A stretch of 63,945 nt of DNA, the filler included, from Atractiella rhizophila (Eukaryota): the NCBI GenBank assembly GCA_021432655.1. It is 7 parts of 7 records of this genome, joined end to end, with 100 filler letters (N's around TTAATTAATTAA, not from the genome) between each part and the next. Parts side by side here need not be neighbours in the genome. Positions count along the whole stretch, not along the records: positions 1 to 27,449 come from MU271352.1; positions 27,550 to 49,200 come from MU271358.1; 5 more parts are not named here. One strand, written 5' to 3'. Positions 23,201 through 36,267 of the stretch are shown here, piece after piece. The notes below the pieces were generated by a model that searched no databases, was not told where the DNA came from, and saw only the letters and a program-made list of their open reading frames with translations. The first letter of the stretch is position 1; every line of letters begins with the position of its first letter. The translations under genes were made by a program, and so were the position numbers.

Positions 23201-26019
23201 GTCGTGCTCTGGATGCTGGTACGGGTACTCCTCCCGCTACTACCAAAGCACCTGCCACGCATACGCAGCCTGCGCCTCTCACATACTTCAGGTCTTCCTC
23301 TCCTACTCATTTTCCTCCTGCTCCTCGTCCCGATCCAAGGGTAAAAGTGATACTGAAAACCGTTGTTTCTTTCTTTCTTTATGCGTGGCGCACTACTGGT
23401 ATTGAGAAGTCAGAGCCGCAGGTAACCGCCCTCCCAACCCAACAGTTGAAGGAGAAGACCTAACCCATCTAGCGCCAGGTATGAAGACTGGCACCCGACC
23501 ACGTTTCAGCATAGCAGGCAATTCTTAGGTCACAATTAAATCACTAAATCCCCTCGACACATCGCTTTTTTCTCCCTCGTCCAATACCGACACTGACCAA
23601 ACCACCTCCACAACTTTTCCCACAACAGGAATAAACGCAGAACAAACAACCTGACCTTAGGCGAGGTTGCAAGAGTGTTAGAAGCCTTGAAGAAGGTTAA
23701 ATGCTCCGCTATATTTATAAATAATAATAGCAGTACATCTCGCGGTTCAATAACTGCTTAAGAAGTGTGAAGATAGAAAGAATGAGCCAGCTCGTAACAG
23801 TCGTATAAATGCACAGATCTGACTTATACAAATAAAGAAAGTTGTCCAGCAAGTTAGGGAGGTTCGCTCTGGGGCTGGTTGAAGTAGGTCTCCCAAGAGC
23901 TTCTTTAAATAGTAGTATCGTAATGTAATATCACACGTCGTTTTCGTAATAAAACGTAATTATTACTAATTGTAATATTACGTTACACGAGTCGCGACCA
24001 AAGACGGGGGCATATTATTTGCTCTAACATGAATCGGACATTATAATTAGAAGGGTCAGGAGAGACGCCAAGCAGAAGAGGCTCGCAAGGAAACGGTCGG
24101 AAAAGAAAGGAAAGGACGCAACACCTCGTCATTGACCTCAGAGCTTGGTGAGCGCACCCTTAACAAGGGACGCCGAACGAATGTGACCGGAAGGTAGAGG
24201 ATAGAAGGAAGAGTAGGGATAAGTTTGTAAGGGGTAACTGCACATAGACGGTTTGAACTAAATGGACTCAGGTGGCTGCGATGTTAACTTCCAACGTTGT
24301 TACCGTGAGTGGTTTCACCAGGTGCAAAGGACTGAGTAAATGCTCTATTATAGCAGACTTAGGCTGTTAGGGTCTTTGCTTTGGCTTTTTGCTGCTGCAG
24401 ACTTACACACTGACTCTAGGACTCAGCTCAGATGATCATGCAGGTGACTTGTCCCTCCGCCTAACAAACGTAGGATCCGAATATCTATGCGTCCTTCTGT
24501 CGAGTAGAGGGCAAGTTATACAGCTCTTCGGTTTAAAACGCTGAGATCGCCATAGAAGTTCTATGGGCGAAGAGAGAAGGCTTCTAACAGGGACCTTTCC
24601 TACGGTATAGTGGGGTTTCGGTCAGTACGGCATTTAGGAAGGTATGTGGCGATAAGCTCTTGGGCTGTACCGAAAGCGGAATGTGTTGTCAACAAGCTAA
24701 AGAACCTGACAGGTTGGTGTTGCCTACTATAGGACCAAGGGCCTCGGCAGCTGTCGGACCGGTGCTTCAAATACTACGTGTGCTCTGCGCGCGTACTCCT
24801 ATCTTAGGTCAAGACCCTACTTTAGAACCCGACGGTATCGCCAGCTCACAAACGGCCAAGACTCCCTGGAAAAGTGGTGTAAGCTTTGAGTACGACTAAG
24901 CTGAGACGATGAGGATTTCGTCTCCTTAGAAGTACCCAACGTACACCTAGTCTCGTAGAGCAGCCTTCTGTTCTGTGACTACTGCCAACTGGTCTATTCG
25001 GGGTCGCCCACCGCTGTTCATATAGTCTCGCTTATGAGGTTGTCATAAACTAAAATTGTTCCCCAGAGTGCCTCCCGTCAGCTAACAACTATTCCACACG
25101 TTAAACCGTTATACTCATCGACAAGAATCCAGCGAATGGGAAGAAAATCAAGAGGCGGCGCAAACGACCATACCTGTAGTCCAGACCTAAGTAGGTCTTG
25201 GACAGTTACCGGTCGGAGAGGCTCTTTTCGGAGACACGTTCCCTTCTGGACGAACTGAAAAAGGCTAGGCAACCGAGATTTGAGCCTCATGATGTAAGGT
25301 AGGTACAACTCCTACGATAACCAAGTCAGTTGACCAGAGGTTGTAGAGTTCGTTCTGCAATGCAAATGGAGGTGATGGTAGGTCGCTTCTCGGAGTGCAG
25401 GTAGACTTAATACTTAAGCTAAAGTTGCTGCCGCCTCGTACCCACAAGGCCCCTGTAGAAGGTCCGTGTAGGCGCAGTCAGTAACGTTTCTGCAAACTAC
25501 TTTCGGAGTTTGTTTGGTACGAGGTACTTCATAGCCAGATAGCGGCGGAGTGAGCCATACCAGACAGGAAACAAGGACTTCGTATACCGCGGACCGTTGA
25601 CCCTTTTTCGATAGGCTACATGAAAGACGAGGAACTTCTACACCCCTACCTCCACCTCTTAAACAGGTTCGACGGACTCTCACTGTTCACTCAATGTAGG
25701 TACGAAACCGAGCATATTACTGTATGCTACACTATCCTACATTGAGACCCTTTTGCATCAGTGTAACGTAGCGCACCCGAAGAACGTGGCGCTGTATATA
25801 GGCACGTTGTAGAAGTCTTCTAGTCTACCAAGAGGGCGGTAGTAGCTGAAAGTACGGCGACTGTATCTTGTACAGACACGACCTGACCTGCGCACGGTTC
25901 TCGAAGTCTTAAACTTATCCGTCGACGTAGGAAACCTCCTGAGCGATGCTTCGCTTAGTGAGCGAGCAACCGGGGTTCAGGTTTCGAAACGGCGAACTAG
26001 TACAAGGTGAAGTAAGAGA
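20240..26019. repeat. Decayed, TpA-rich repeat/TE relic tract (RIP-like)
   Basis: No long ORFs; strong TA excess (hand count at 20941-21060: 14 TA vs 3 AT); lies between a Helitron end and a gypsy pol. Boundaries approximate. Confidence 0.6.
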
Positions 26020-26044
26020 NNNNNNNNNNNNNNNNNNNNNNNNN

Positions 26045-27449
26045 CATTCTGTCACTTACTTGCCCATTTCGATCGCCGCTCACCATGAGGTTTGGCAATT
26101 CGCTGTAGCAGACTTAGGGACTGTCGACATGATTCTGGGCCACGACTGGCTAAGACACCATAACCCAGAGATCAACTGGGACTCAGGGAAAGTTGAGTTC
26201 TCTCGTTGCCCTACCAGTTGCAATGCAGATGACGTGTCTACCACTCGCGAACACTTCCCGCCATCGTCAACCTCGATACGAGCCGCTATGACAAAATCGC
26301 AGAAACTGGCAAAGGTTGCAGCGGCGATGAGACCAAAAAATGTCGTCGAAATACCAACGCAAATCGCCGATTTTGCAGACATTTTCAACGACGAAAAATT
26401 CAAAACTTCTCTTCCTCTCCGACGTCCTTGGGATCACGCGATCAACCTCATACCCGAATCACGACCATATGCGGCCCGGTCTACCCCTTGAAAAGAGACG
26501 AACAAGCGGCGCTCGACCAATTCATTGACGCCGAACTAAGCGCCGGTCGTATACGTCCTAGCACAGGTGAACATGGAGCTTCTGTTTTTTTCACGCACAA
26601 AAAAGACTCCTCCGAACTTCGTCCCCTTTTCGATTATCGAAAGCTGAACGAAGCCACAGTCAAAGACAAGACCCCACTCCCCATTCAGGCTGACCTCTTT
26701 TCCATGGTTTCAGGAAAAAAATTCTTCAGCAAGATTGATCTGAGGAAAGGGTTCAACAACGTTCGTATCAAAGAAAGAGACGAACACAAAGCGGCGTTTC
26801 GCACAAATCGAGGACTTTTCGAACCATTGGTGATGTATTTCGGACTCTGCAACTCGCCAGCGACTTTCCAAGCCTTCCTGAACTCTATTTTCCGAGCGAT
26901 GATCGCCACTGCGTTCATCTTCATATACATAGACGACATCCTAATTGCGACAGAAACTGAAGAAGAACATTGGGAACGCGTTCGAGAAGTTTGCCAAATT
27001 TTGCGCGAAAATGGACTTTACGTTAACTTACAGAAATGTGTCTGGTGTCAAAGCGAAGTAGAGTATCTAGGATTGATCATTACCAGCAGAGGGATTGAAC
27101 CCGATCTAGTAAAGGTTGCAGGAGTTATAGATTGGCCGGAACCAAAAAACATGAAAGAAGTCCAAATGTTCCTCGGTTTCGCTAATTTCTATCGCCGCTT
27201 TTGCGACAGATTTAGTCACATCACAAGACCTCTATACGAACTGACCAAAAAAGAGATTTCCTGGGTCTGGGGGGTAGATCAGCAACGTTCGTTCGCCGCT
27301 TTGAAGCAGCTCATGACTTCGGCGCCCGTTTTGGCACATCCCGAAGAAATAGGGCGATTTTTGCTCGAAGTCGATGCGTCAAATTTCGCGACAGGCGCCG
27401 TTTTGTCACAAATGAAACCAGATGGGAAGTTTCATCCTCTCGGTTTCGT
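26045..27449 (+). mobile_element. Ty3/gypsy LTR retrotransposon pol fragment (protease end, RT, start of RNase H)
   Basis: DMILGHDWLRHHNPEINW, FSKIDLRKGFNNVRI, VMYFGLCNSPATFQ, YIDDILI, FLGFANFYRRF, EVDASNFATGAVLSQ; one-base frameshift near 26475; cut by gaps at both ends. Confidence 0.95.
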
Positions 27450-27549
27450 NNNNNNNNNNNNNNNNNNNNNNNNNNNNNNNNNNNNNNNNNNNNTTAATTA
27501 ATTAANNNNNNNNNNNNNNNNNNNNNNNNNNNNNNNNNNNNNNNNNNNN
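27450..27549. other. Artificial contig linker (44N-TTAATTAATTAA-44N); identical linkers at 49201-49300, 51277-51376, 57249-57348, 60164-60263, 62711-62810
   Basis: Same 100-nt spacer with stops in all six frames, seen six times; genes break at it. Confidence 0.97.
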
Positions 27550-29235
27550 TTCGACTAGACCTTTGTGAACAATGCACATCTGATCAAGGCAGTTCTTTCT
27601 TTTGGGTTTTTGGTGTTTGATGTGCTTTGCATCCTGTGCTTTGTAACGTCACTACTTAGCAGCTGAATGAGTCCTCGTAATACAAACTCTCGTTATTGTT
27701 GACCTGCACATATCACTTCGCAAATATGCCTTCGAAGTCCCAGAAACATCCATCTCTCCTTCCACAAAGAAGCCTGCTTCCACGACGCAGCCGCTTGTTC
27801 CTCCAGGCCGAAACATATCTTGCCGTGCTTTCACTTTCTGACGGCACAGGGGCGATGACAAATGTTCGGGTGAAGGGAATGGAGGGAGGAAAGGCGGTCT
27901 GCAGTTTCCGAGTCAGGAGGCGGCTAGGCCAAGTTGCGGATGCCGTTCAAACTGATATCGATGTGGAGGGACGGGACGACTGGGGGATTGGGAGAAGGGA
28001 AAGTGGAATAGTTCGCGTGAACCTCTTCTGCTGTGTCGCTGTCACAGAACGAGAGCTGTCATAGGAATTAATCCAAGCGCCAAATTCACCGTCCTTTTCT
28101 GCGGAGCAGTGATTCGTTCATCGGAGTGACAGGATGTCGTTCTCCTCTTTTCACTCCTTAGGTCTCTGGTTCATTACTGCGTCATTCTGAGTCTAGAGTC
28201 AAGCGTGAGTGGCCGGGATAGCAGCGTGCTTGGCAAGACAGCAAAGATTGGATCATGACTGAAAACGAAAGTACCAATTTTCATTAAGGATCCATCAATC
28301 AGTTCTCGGCTTCAGAAGACTCATTCATCTCTGGTTCGGTCGAGCTCCAGTTGAACGACGAGTGACCATGGACACAGCGATGCTATGTGTCCGTCAATTT
28401 GCAAGGCAATGACTAAAAAGGAGTTGATTTTCACCATATGAATCTCTACAGAGATTCATACGTCAGCTGTCATAGGATATCAGTGCTCTCGTACAGACGT
28501 CGATCAAGCTCGCTCGAGGCCTAACGGGATACGCCGCACATAGGTCAGCAGAGCAACGCAGCGCAAAGGACAAGCTGTGCTCAAGCTCTCATCCAAAATT
28601 TCCACAACACGACACAGGACACAGTCAGTAGAGTAGAATGTCCAGTGGGATTCTAGGTGGCAATGAGGTTCGAAAATCGGCCAAGTCCAAGGAGGAGCGA
28701 AGTCGCTCGCTCGCGGGTAAACGGACGGGAACCGAGAATATTCGACTGTCGCCTGCCGAGCTGGCAAAGAGCATTGCTGCATTGGAAAGCTTGAGTATAG
28801 CATTGGGCACTCGGCGCTGAAAGGCCTGCGGTGGACAGGAGGGCAGCACAAATAGACTGACGTCGCAGCCGCAAATAGAGGAGCACAACAATAAATCGCC
28901 ACCCACCTCGACTTCTCCATCCTTCAATCAGCCAGACCATTCTCAGCCTCATCTACTTCTACTTGAGAATGATCCATTTCTTTCTACACCATCATCGCGA
29001 CTCTGCCAGGTCCACGCCGAAGGATAAGCGGAAGAAGGCGTCGACTTCGCCTCTGATACGATCACGTGCTCCAGAACCAGTGGAGGAACACATCTGCCTC
29101 CGCTCCAGTTTCACGAAGCCGCAACGACCACGACCATCCGTCCTGACCATCTTCCCCGCCTACGCTCCTCCCTTGCCACCCGCACCATCTCAGCCAACTG
29201 TCCCTCAACTGCCGCTGAAATCGCACAGGAACAAC

Positions 29236-31676
29236 ATGGCGACCCGCCCCTCCGCGCGCTCTCCTCCGCCGCCATCGCCGTCGAAATCGCGTCCTGCCTC
29301 GCCTACGAAACGCATCTCCCGCCCCACATCGCCCGTCAAACGCGATCCCAATGCCACGCCCACCAAATCCCGCGATCCCTTCTCCTCCACCCCGCCCGTG
29401 TCGGCTAAGAACCCGTTTCGACCTGCCCATGCGAAGAATCACAGCGTGGTCGTGGCGAGCGAGGAACCGACGATGAGCGAGTTGCTGTCCCAGCAGAACT
29501 TTGGGAATACGCCGGGTGGAGTTGTCAGGGAGAAGGAGAGGGAGAGAAGGTCGAATGAGGAGGGTGTGGTCAGTTGGAGAAAGGGTCAAGGATTTCGGGA
29601 TTGGGAGAAGGAGATTTTTGGGAAGACGGCCGTGAGGAGGAAGGCAGATTTGGCCAATCTCTGTGAGTTGCTTCTCTCACGTTGCATTGAGGTAGCATGG
29701 ATGTATGATGTTGTTTCATTTCACGAGACATATAACATTTAGCTCGATGAAGCTCATTTGATTAGCCTGCACATTAACTCCGTACAATATTCTGGTTACG
29801 CGGTTCACAAACTACCCAAGGCTCCACAGATCGCTGATCTGTTTACTCATAGATTTCTACGACTACTACTTCGACCTCCTCTCCTACCTCCACAGCCGAC
29901 AACAACGTCTCTCCTCCTTCCACCAAGCGACCCGGCAGCTCTCCGATGCCGAAAGAGAGGAAGAATGGGCCTCATACACCGGTCGAGAACGCGCACACCT
30001 TCGAAAGCGACGCACGAAACTCAAGTTGGACGCGTTCCACATCGTCTGTCAAGTGGGGCAGGGAGGGTATGGAGAGATCTTTTTGGCGAAGCAGAAGGAG
30101 TCGGGAGAGATCGTGGCGTTGAAGAGGATGAGGAAGAAGACGTTGGCGAAGATGGACGAGGTGTGTCTTTCGATTTCTGATCGCTTGTGGTAATGGAGAT
30201 GGGATGCTGAGTCGTAACTTTTGATAGATCCGGCATGTACTCACAGAGAGAGATATCCTTTCTCAAGTCGAATCTCCCTGGCTTGTCCGCCTCCTATATG
30301 CCTTTCAAGATCCCACCTACATCTATCTAGCAATGGTATATCCTCCATTTTATCAGCATCGAAGCAGCAACTGATCTGATGTGATAGGACTTCATAGCCG
30401 GCGGCGACTTTCGTACGCTGCTCAACAACGCCGGTGTGCTGAAAGAAGAGCATGCGCGATTCTACATCAGCGAGATGATTATGAGCGTTGCAGAGCTGCA
30501 CAAATTGGGGTACATCCATCGCGATCTCAAACCGGAGGTATGCCTTCACATCTCTTCTAACACTCATTCGTATGGATCTGTACCTGATTGTGGCGTGTAG
30601 AACTTCCTCATCGATCGCACCGGCCACATCAAACTCACAGACTTCGGCTTGGCTGCTGGAGCTTTGAATCCCGGAAAGATAGATCGACTGAAAGATAAGG
30701 TTCGTCTGCCTTTCCATCTCACTGGATCGACTGGAACTGACTTTTGGAGTGTGGCTGGTTGGTAGCTTGAGCAGATGAAGGAGGAAAAGCTTGTTTTCAG
30801 GAGCACGATGGAGAGGAAGACGATGTACATGTCGATGCGGCAGGAGGCTCCTCGAAGTGCAGATTCGGTCGTCGGCAGTCCAGACTACATGGCCATCGAC
30901 AGTACTCTTTCCTTCGTTCCTTAGGCATGACCAGAAGCTGATAGGACGGTTCTAGCCATCCGGGGCCAGTCGTACGATCATTCCGTAGACTATTGGTCCC
31001 TCGGTTGCATCCTCTTCGAATTCCTCGCCGGATATCCTCCCTTCTCCGGCGCGACGCCGGAGGAGACGTGGAACAATTTGAAGAATTGGCAACGGGCTTT
31101 GAGGCGGCCACATTATGAGAGGGAGGAGGACAAGATCTTCAATATGTCCGATAACGGCTGGGACGCCATCACTGCGTATGTCCCTTGACCTGCTTCGATA
31201 TGAAGTCAGCTGGATCTGAATCGATGACGCAGGTTTATTGCGAGCAAGGAGACGCGTGTGAGGTCGCTCGATGAAGTCAAGCGATTGGCCTTCTTCGATG
31301 GTGTTCCATGGTCCACTTTACGCGACACGCCGGCGCCTTTCGTCCCGGAACTAGACAGCGAAGTGGAGTACGTCTCTCCTCCCCTTAACAACTGACATTT
31401 ACCCATGGTTGCAGTCCATCGTATTTCGACGATTTCTCTTCCGAGGCGGACTTGGCGAAGTACGCAGAAGTGAAGGAGAAGCAACGGAACGTGGACAAGA
31501 TCCCAGAGGTCGAGCAGCCGTTCAATAGAGGGGTTTGGGTCGGATTCACTTTTAAGAGCAAGAATCAGATGAGGGCTTCGCCGTCTGGGGGAGAGGTGGG
31601 CGAGTGGGGATTGATGCCGCCGAGAGGAGGGGATGGGAGGGAGTTTGAGGAGGATGAGTTGGAGGCTTTGTTTTAG
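29236..31676 (+). CDS. DBF2: NDR-family Ser/Thr kinase Dbf2/Sid2
   Basis: RRKADLANLYFYDYYFDLL, LRKRRTKL, QVGQGGYG, HRDLKPEN, TDFGLAAG, SVVGSPDYMA, FVPELDSE, WVGFTFK. Confidence 0.93.
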
Positions 31677-32086
31677 ATGGTCAGGTCAAGAGGGAAAGAT
31701 GTGTTGTGTGTGCTCGCTGCCGAAGATGTTGCATGAATGTATGGTACAATTTTGGACGAAGAATTGTTGTTTTCCTTTCATTACTTCTTGACACCTGCAA
31801 AGCCAAAGCACAATCCATTTCGACGGTGGTAACAACACCAATTCCCTGATTGCTGAGGAATAAATTACGGCTGGAGCCTGCATCGTCTTGCCCTTCCGTC
31901 GCAGCGTGCAGCCGGACCCTTCACCACGGTGAGGCTAACCCTCCCACTGTAGGTTTCAAGTGAAAGATGTTGTGTAGTTTTGAGCATGCTCGCGCGATAA
32001 CTGAAAAAATAAAATGAGAAAATGCGCCAATACTGTCTAGGATGAGGCAGCGCTCACTTCTCTTTGCAAATGGAGCTTCGCAAGAA

Positions 32087-32344
32087 CTAGAAAACGCCAT
32101 CTTCTCCCCATTCTGCCATCCTCACACCCGCCAAATTGTTCTTCTGAAACATGATCAGGCCAACCCGCTTCTGCCGTCCATGGGGCTGCATGATCTCCAC
32201 CGCTCCGTCGAGGACGAGGTTCAGGTCGCGATCGATGCAGACGAAGGTGCCGTGAAAGACGCGGTTGGAGGCCGTACTGACGATGAGCGTGTTGCCGATG
32301 AGGGATTGGAGGAAGTCGCGTGCTTGCGAAGTATTCGTGGACAT
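32087..32344 (-). CDS. MAK31: Sm/LSm-fold protein, probably NatC auxiliary subunit Mak31/Naa38
   Basis: 85 aa; RVFHGTFVCIDRDLNLVL (Sm1) and RVGLIM (Sm2), matching the Mak31/LSMD1 pattern. Confidence 0.7.
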   Translation of the reverse strand: MSTNTSQARDFLQSLIGNTLIVSTASNRVFHGTFVCIDRDLNLVLDGAVEIMQPHGRQKRVGLIMFQKNNLAGVRMAEWGEDGVF

Positions 32345-32631
32345 GCTGATCCTCTGGCTGCTGATCCTGAAGCCTGTGATTGTGATTGGACTGGAAGTAG
32401 TAGGCTAGTAGCCGTGGTGATGTTAAGCAAGCAGGTTGATGATGTTGATGCGAACGTCCGGGTAACGGTCGGATGAATATTCCCGGACATCAGCTAACAA
32501 ACTCGCGATCACACGTGAAACTGCATTGTAACCGATTTCAGCCGGGCATAAAAGCTCCTTCCCCATTCGTGCATTTCATCACTCCACGAAACCACTTCAC
32601 TTCCCCAGCTTCCAGCTACTTCCAGCTCAGC

Positions 32632-34774
32632 ATGTCCAACAAAGTCATCGTAGTAGGCGGAGGTCTGTCCGGTCTCTCAGCAGCACATACCCTCTACCAG
32701 AGGGGAGCAAACGTCTTGGTCCTCGACAAGAACCCCTTCTTTGGAGGAAACTCCACCAAGGCTACCTCTGGCATCAACGGTGCTGGAACAAACACCCAGG
32801 CAGAGTTGAAGATTCAAGACTCGGCAAAAGTCTTCTACGAGGACACGAAGAAGTCGGTACGTCGTTTTGCTTCCTTCGAAAGTGGGGACGCGATAATGAA
32901 ATGTATTACTTTGTGTCGCAGGCGAGGGATCTGGCCAGACCCGACCTCATCAAAGTCCTCACCTACCAATCCGGAAGCGCAGTCAATTGGCTTCAGGATT
33001 CTTTCAACCTCGATCTTTCCCTCGTCTCGCGGTTAGGAGGTCACTCGTACCCGCGGACGCACCGTGGGGGAGCTCAATTCCCGGGTATGGTTATCACTGT
33101 GGGTAGTCTTCTTCCTTTGCTGGCTCGCCGTTGATTGGATGGCCTGTAGTATGCTCAAATGGAAGCTCTTGAGGATATCGCGGAGAAGGAACCGGAGCGC
33201 GTGAAAATCATCAAGAAGGCAAAGGTGACCAAGCTCATCAAGAATGGAGATGTGGTCACCGGAGTCGAGTACGAGGTTGACGGGCAGAAGCTTACCGAAC
33301 AGGGCGTCGTCATTCTTGCTGTTCGTTCTCTCTCTCGGCCTCTTCCATCCTTCCAAAAACTAATTGCATTCTACCTACAGACCGGAGGATACGCCGCCGA
33401 CTTCGCACAGGATGGACTCCTGAAAAAGTTCCGTCCCGAATACTACGACCTGCCCACCACCAACGGAGACCATTGCACCGGTGACGGATTGAAGATGGCG
33501 CTCGAGATTGGAGGCTCTGGAATCGACATGGAGAAGGTTCAGGTCCACCCTACTGGTCTTGTCGACCCCAACGAACCCGATGCCAAGGTCAAGTTCCTTG
33601 CCGCCGAAGCCCTTCGTGGTGTCGGTGGACTGCTCCTCGACTTGGAAGGAAATAGGTTCGCCGATGAACTTGGTCATCGGGACTACGTTACTGGGAGGAT
33701 GTGGGAGAACAATAAATTCGTATGTTTCTCTTTCCTTTGGCAAATGGTGGTCGGGGTCGTTGATGTGTTTGGCTTCGCGTGTTCAGCCCGTCAGACTCAT
33801 CCTTAACGGTGCATCGTCAAAAGAAATCGAATGGCACTGCAAGCACTACGTCGGTCGTGGACTCATGAAGAAGTTCAACTCCGGCGCCGAGCTCGCAAAA
33901 GAGATGGGAATCCCAGAGAAGAAGCTGGCCGACACTTTCGCCAAATACGTCGCGAACGCCAAAGATCCAAAAACCGATCCTTTCGGCAAGAAGTTCTTCC
34001 ACAATGCCGACTTCAAGATGAACGACACCTTCCACGTCGCCCTCATGACCCCTGTCCTCCATTACACCATGGGCGGTCTCGAGATCAACGACAAGTCGCA
34101 AGTCATCTCAAAGGAGGGAAAAGCTATCTCTGGCCTTTACGCTTGTGGTGAAGTTGCCGGTGGTGTTCATGGTGCGAACCGTTTGGGAGGCTCGAGCTTG
34201 TTGGGTTGCGTCGTCTTTGGACGAGTTGCTGGTGACCAAGCTGCTTCCGTACGTCTTGGCGCTCCTGTCTCTGGTGTGGAGATTAATTCTGCGTTCATCG
34301 TTACAGTACCTCCTCAAAGGTCTCACGTCGGGTCAAATCGCTTCCTCCCGTCTTAACCAAATCCAGAACCATCTCTCGACGACGATTCGCATCGATCCCG
34401 AGTCGAAGAAGGTCAACCTCGAATTCGGATGGGGAGACGCTTCTTCTTCCTCCTCCGCCTCCTCCTCAACACCCGCCCCTTCAGCTCCCGCACAGGAGCA
34501 GAAGACGGTGGAGAAGAAGGAGGAGCCGAAGGCGGAATTGAAGGAGTACACCCTCGCAGAAGTCGCAAAGCATAACACGAAGGACGACTGCTGGGTCGTC
34601 GTCAATGGCGAGGTATTGGACGCCACCAAGTTCCTCCCCGATCATCCAGGAGGAGCGAAGGCCATCATGCTGTATGCTGGAAGGGACGCGACGGAGGAGT
34701 TCAACATGCTCCATGACAAGAGCGTCGTGAAGAAGTATGCGCCGTACACCATCATTGGGACGCTGAAAAAGTAA
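32632..34774 (+). CDS. OSM1: Soluble FAD-dependent fumarate reductase with C-terminal cytochrome b5 domain
   Basis: VIVVGGGLSGLSAA, GGNSTKATSGING, LGGHSYPRTH, VQVHPTG, AEALRGVGG, HYTMGG, GVHGANRLGGSSL; b5 domain HNTKDDCWVVV...HPGG. Confidence 0.93.
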
Positions 34775-36267
34775 ATGTATATTTCGTGTTTTGAGAGGAT
34801 TCTGGTCAGCTTGTCACCCTTTGTTCATTCATTGCAGACTATCTATGTCTTTCGTCACATAATCTTGGAAAGATCGTTGCCAGCTGCAAACCTATTGGAC
34901 AGCGCCATCATACCCATACCTGACGCCTTCCCCAGCAGCACAATACTTTCTTGGGACCCACAAGAACTGTTTCTTTCAGTCTGATTATGAAGGTGAACAT
35001 TGGCAGTATTTGGGTCGGACCTTGACAAATCAAACACCCCAGATGATCCAATACAATTAGCCACTTCCTCAAAATCGATTCCTCGCACTCAGCCGTTGCG
35101 CGCGTTACTGTTCATCTTGTAGCACCCCTGAGATCGGAAACTGCCTCCGTTGTTCTGAAATTGTTATCTATTCCCTCTCCCCTGACATCCCCTATACTTG
35201 AAAGATGGAACCAAATGATGGACTCGACGATAAACGAAGAGAAACATGAACGATTATGCGCTTGCGGCTGGCGGACGAGTCGCAAACAGTAACATAAGTC
35301 CCCTCCAAACCAAAGGAGGAGTATCGATATCGTCGCGGCCCGAAACTTCCTCGCTTCAAACAGGCTCCAATACCTCCAAAGAGAGAATCGTGTTCGTTTC
35401 GTTGCTTGAATCGCACGGAAGCGAGCTTCTCGTAGGAACCAAACAAACGATCGAGAGATTCAGAGGAGTTCCTGTGAAAGTCGATTAGCGGAGGGCTTTC
35501 GTAGCGACAAGATACCAAGAGCAGCGCACAACCGACAATGGCACATAGAGCGATCAGTTGATGCTCGATAAATTGTTGTTGTGCCTTCCCATCAGCACGT
35601 GACTACGCAACATAACCAACAGCCTGCGTACTGCTTACATCACGTATACATCGTCGCGTAGCCATAAATCAGACGGGAGCCACTGTAGATCTTCCTTCGC
35701 CGGAGCCGCTGGGTGAGAAGAAGCGGAAGTAGGGCAAAGAACAGCAGGATAGTTAAATGATATCAAGTTTGTCGATTCTGTTCACCTAACTTCGGGAGAG
35801 CACCTCTGTTAGACTTCCTGCCCCGGGAACGTGTGAGTTTGGCCAGTTTACTTCGAGCAAAGGAATCGCGCAAACCGTTGCTGTGTGGATCAAATCCCAT
35901 TGCTCTTACATTCAGTTTTTTCAATGTTTTCTAGCGGGATCTGTGATGTTTGTCCAGCTTCAAAGCAGTTTGCATCCTGACATGTGAATTCAAAAATTTC
36001 GATTAGAAGGATAGTACCCCTCTTAAATCCTCTGCAGGAAGTTGAGATGGCGATCACCTATTCAACGATAAAGAAGGACACTTGTCTTAGGAGAAGTCAT
36101 AGCAGATACGATGGACAGAACAAGCTTGGGGAAACAGATGAGATAGGCTTCAAATTGTAAGGATGGAAGTGATTGAGGGTGCCAAACAACCGGATTTGAG
36201 CGTTACTCTCGCCTTACTCTGGTGTTTTCGTTTCGAGGCGCAACGACCATTGTCGTTCCAGGCCACC

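Noticed and set aside
23900..24000. AT-rich short palindromes as an LTR or TIR boundary
   Set aside because: No matching second copy or TSD found in the window.
26465..26491. Frame change between gypsy protease and RT as a ribosomal frameshift
   Set aside because: It lies inside pol rather than at the gag-pol junction, there is no slippery site, and the assembly is indel-prone.
34305..34774. Fumarate reductase-cytochrome b5 fusion as a novelty
   Set aside because: This architecture is common in filamentous fungi and basidiomycetes.
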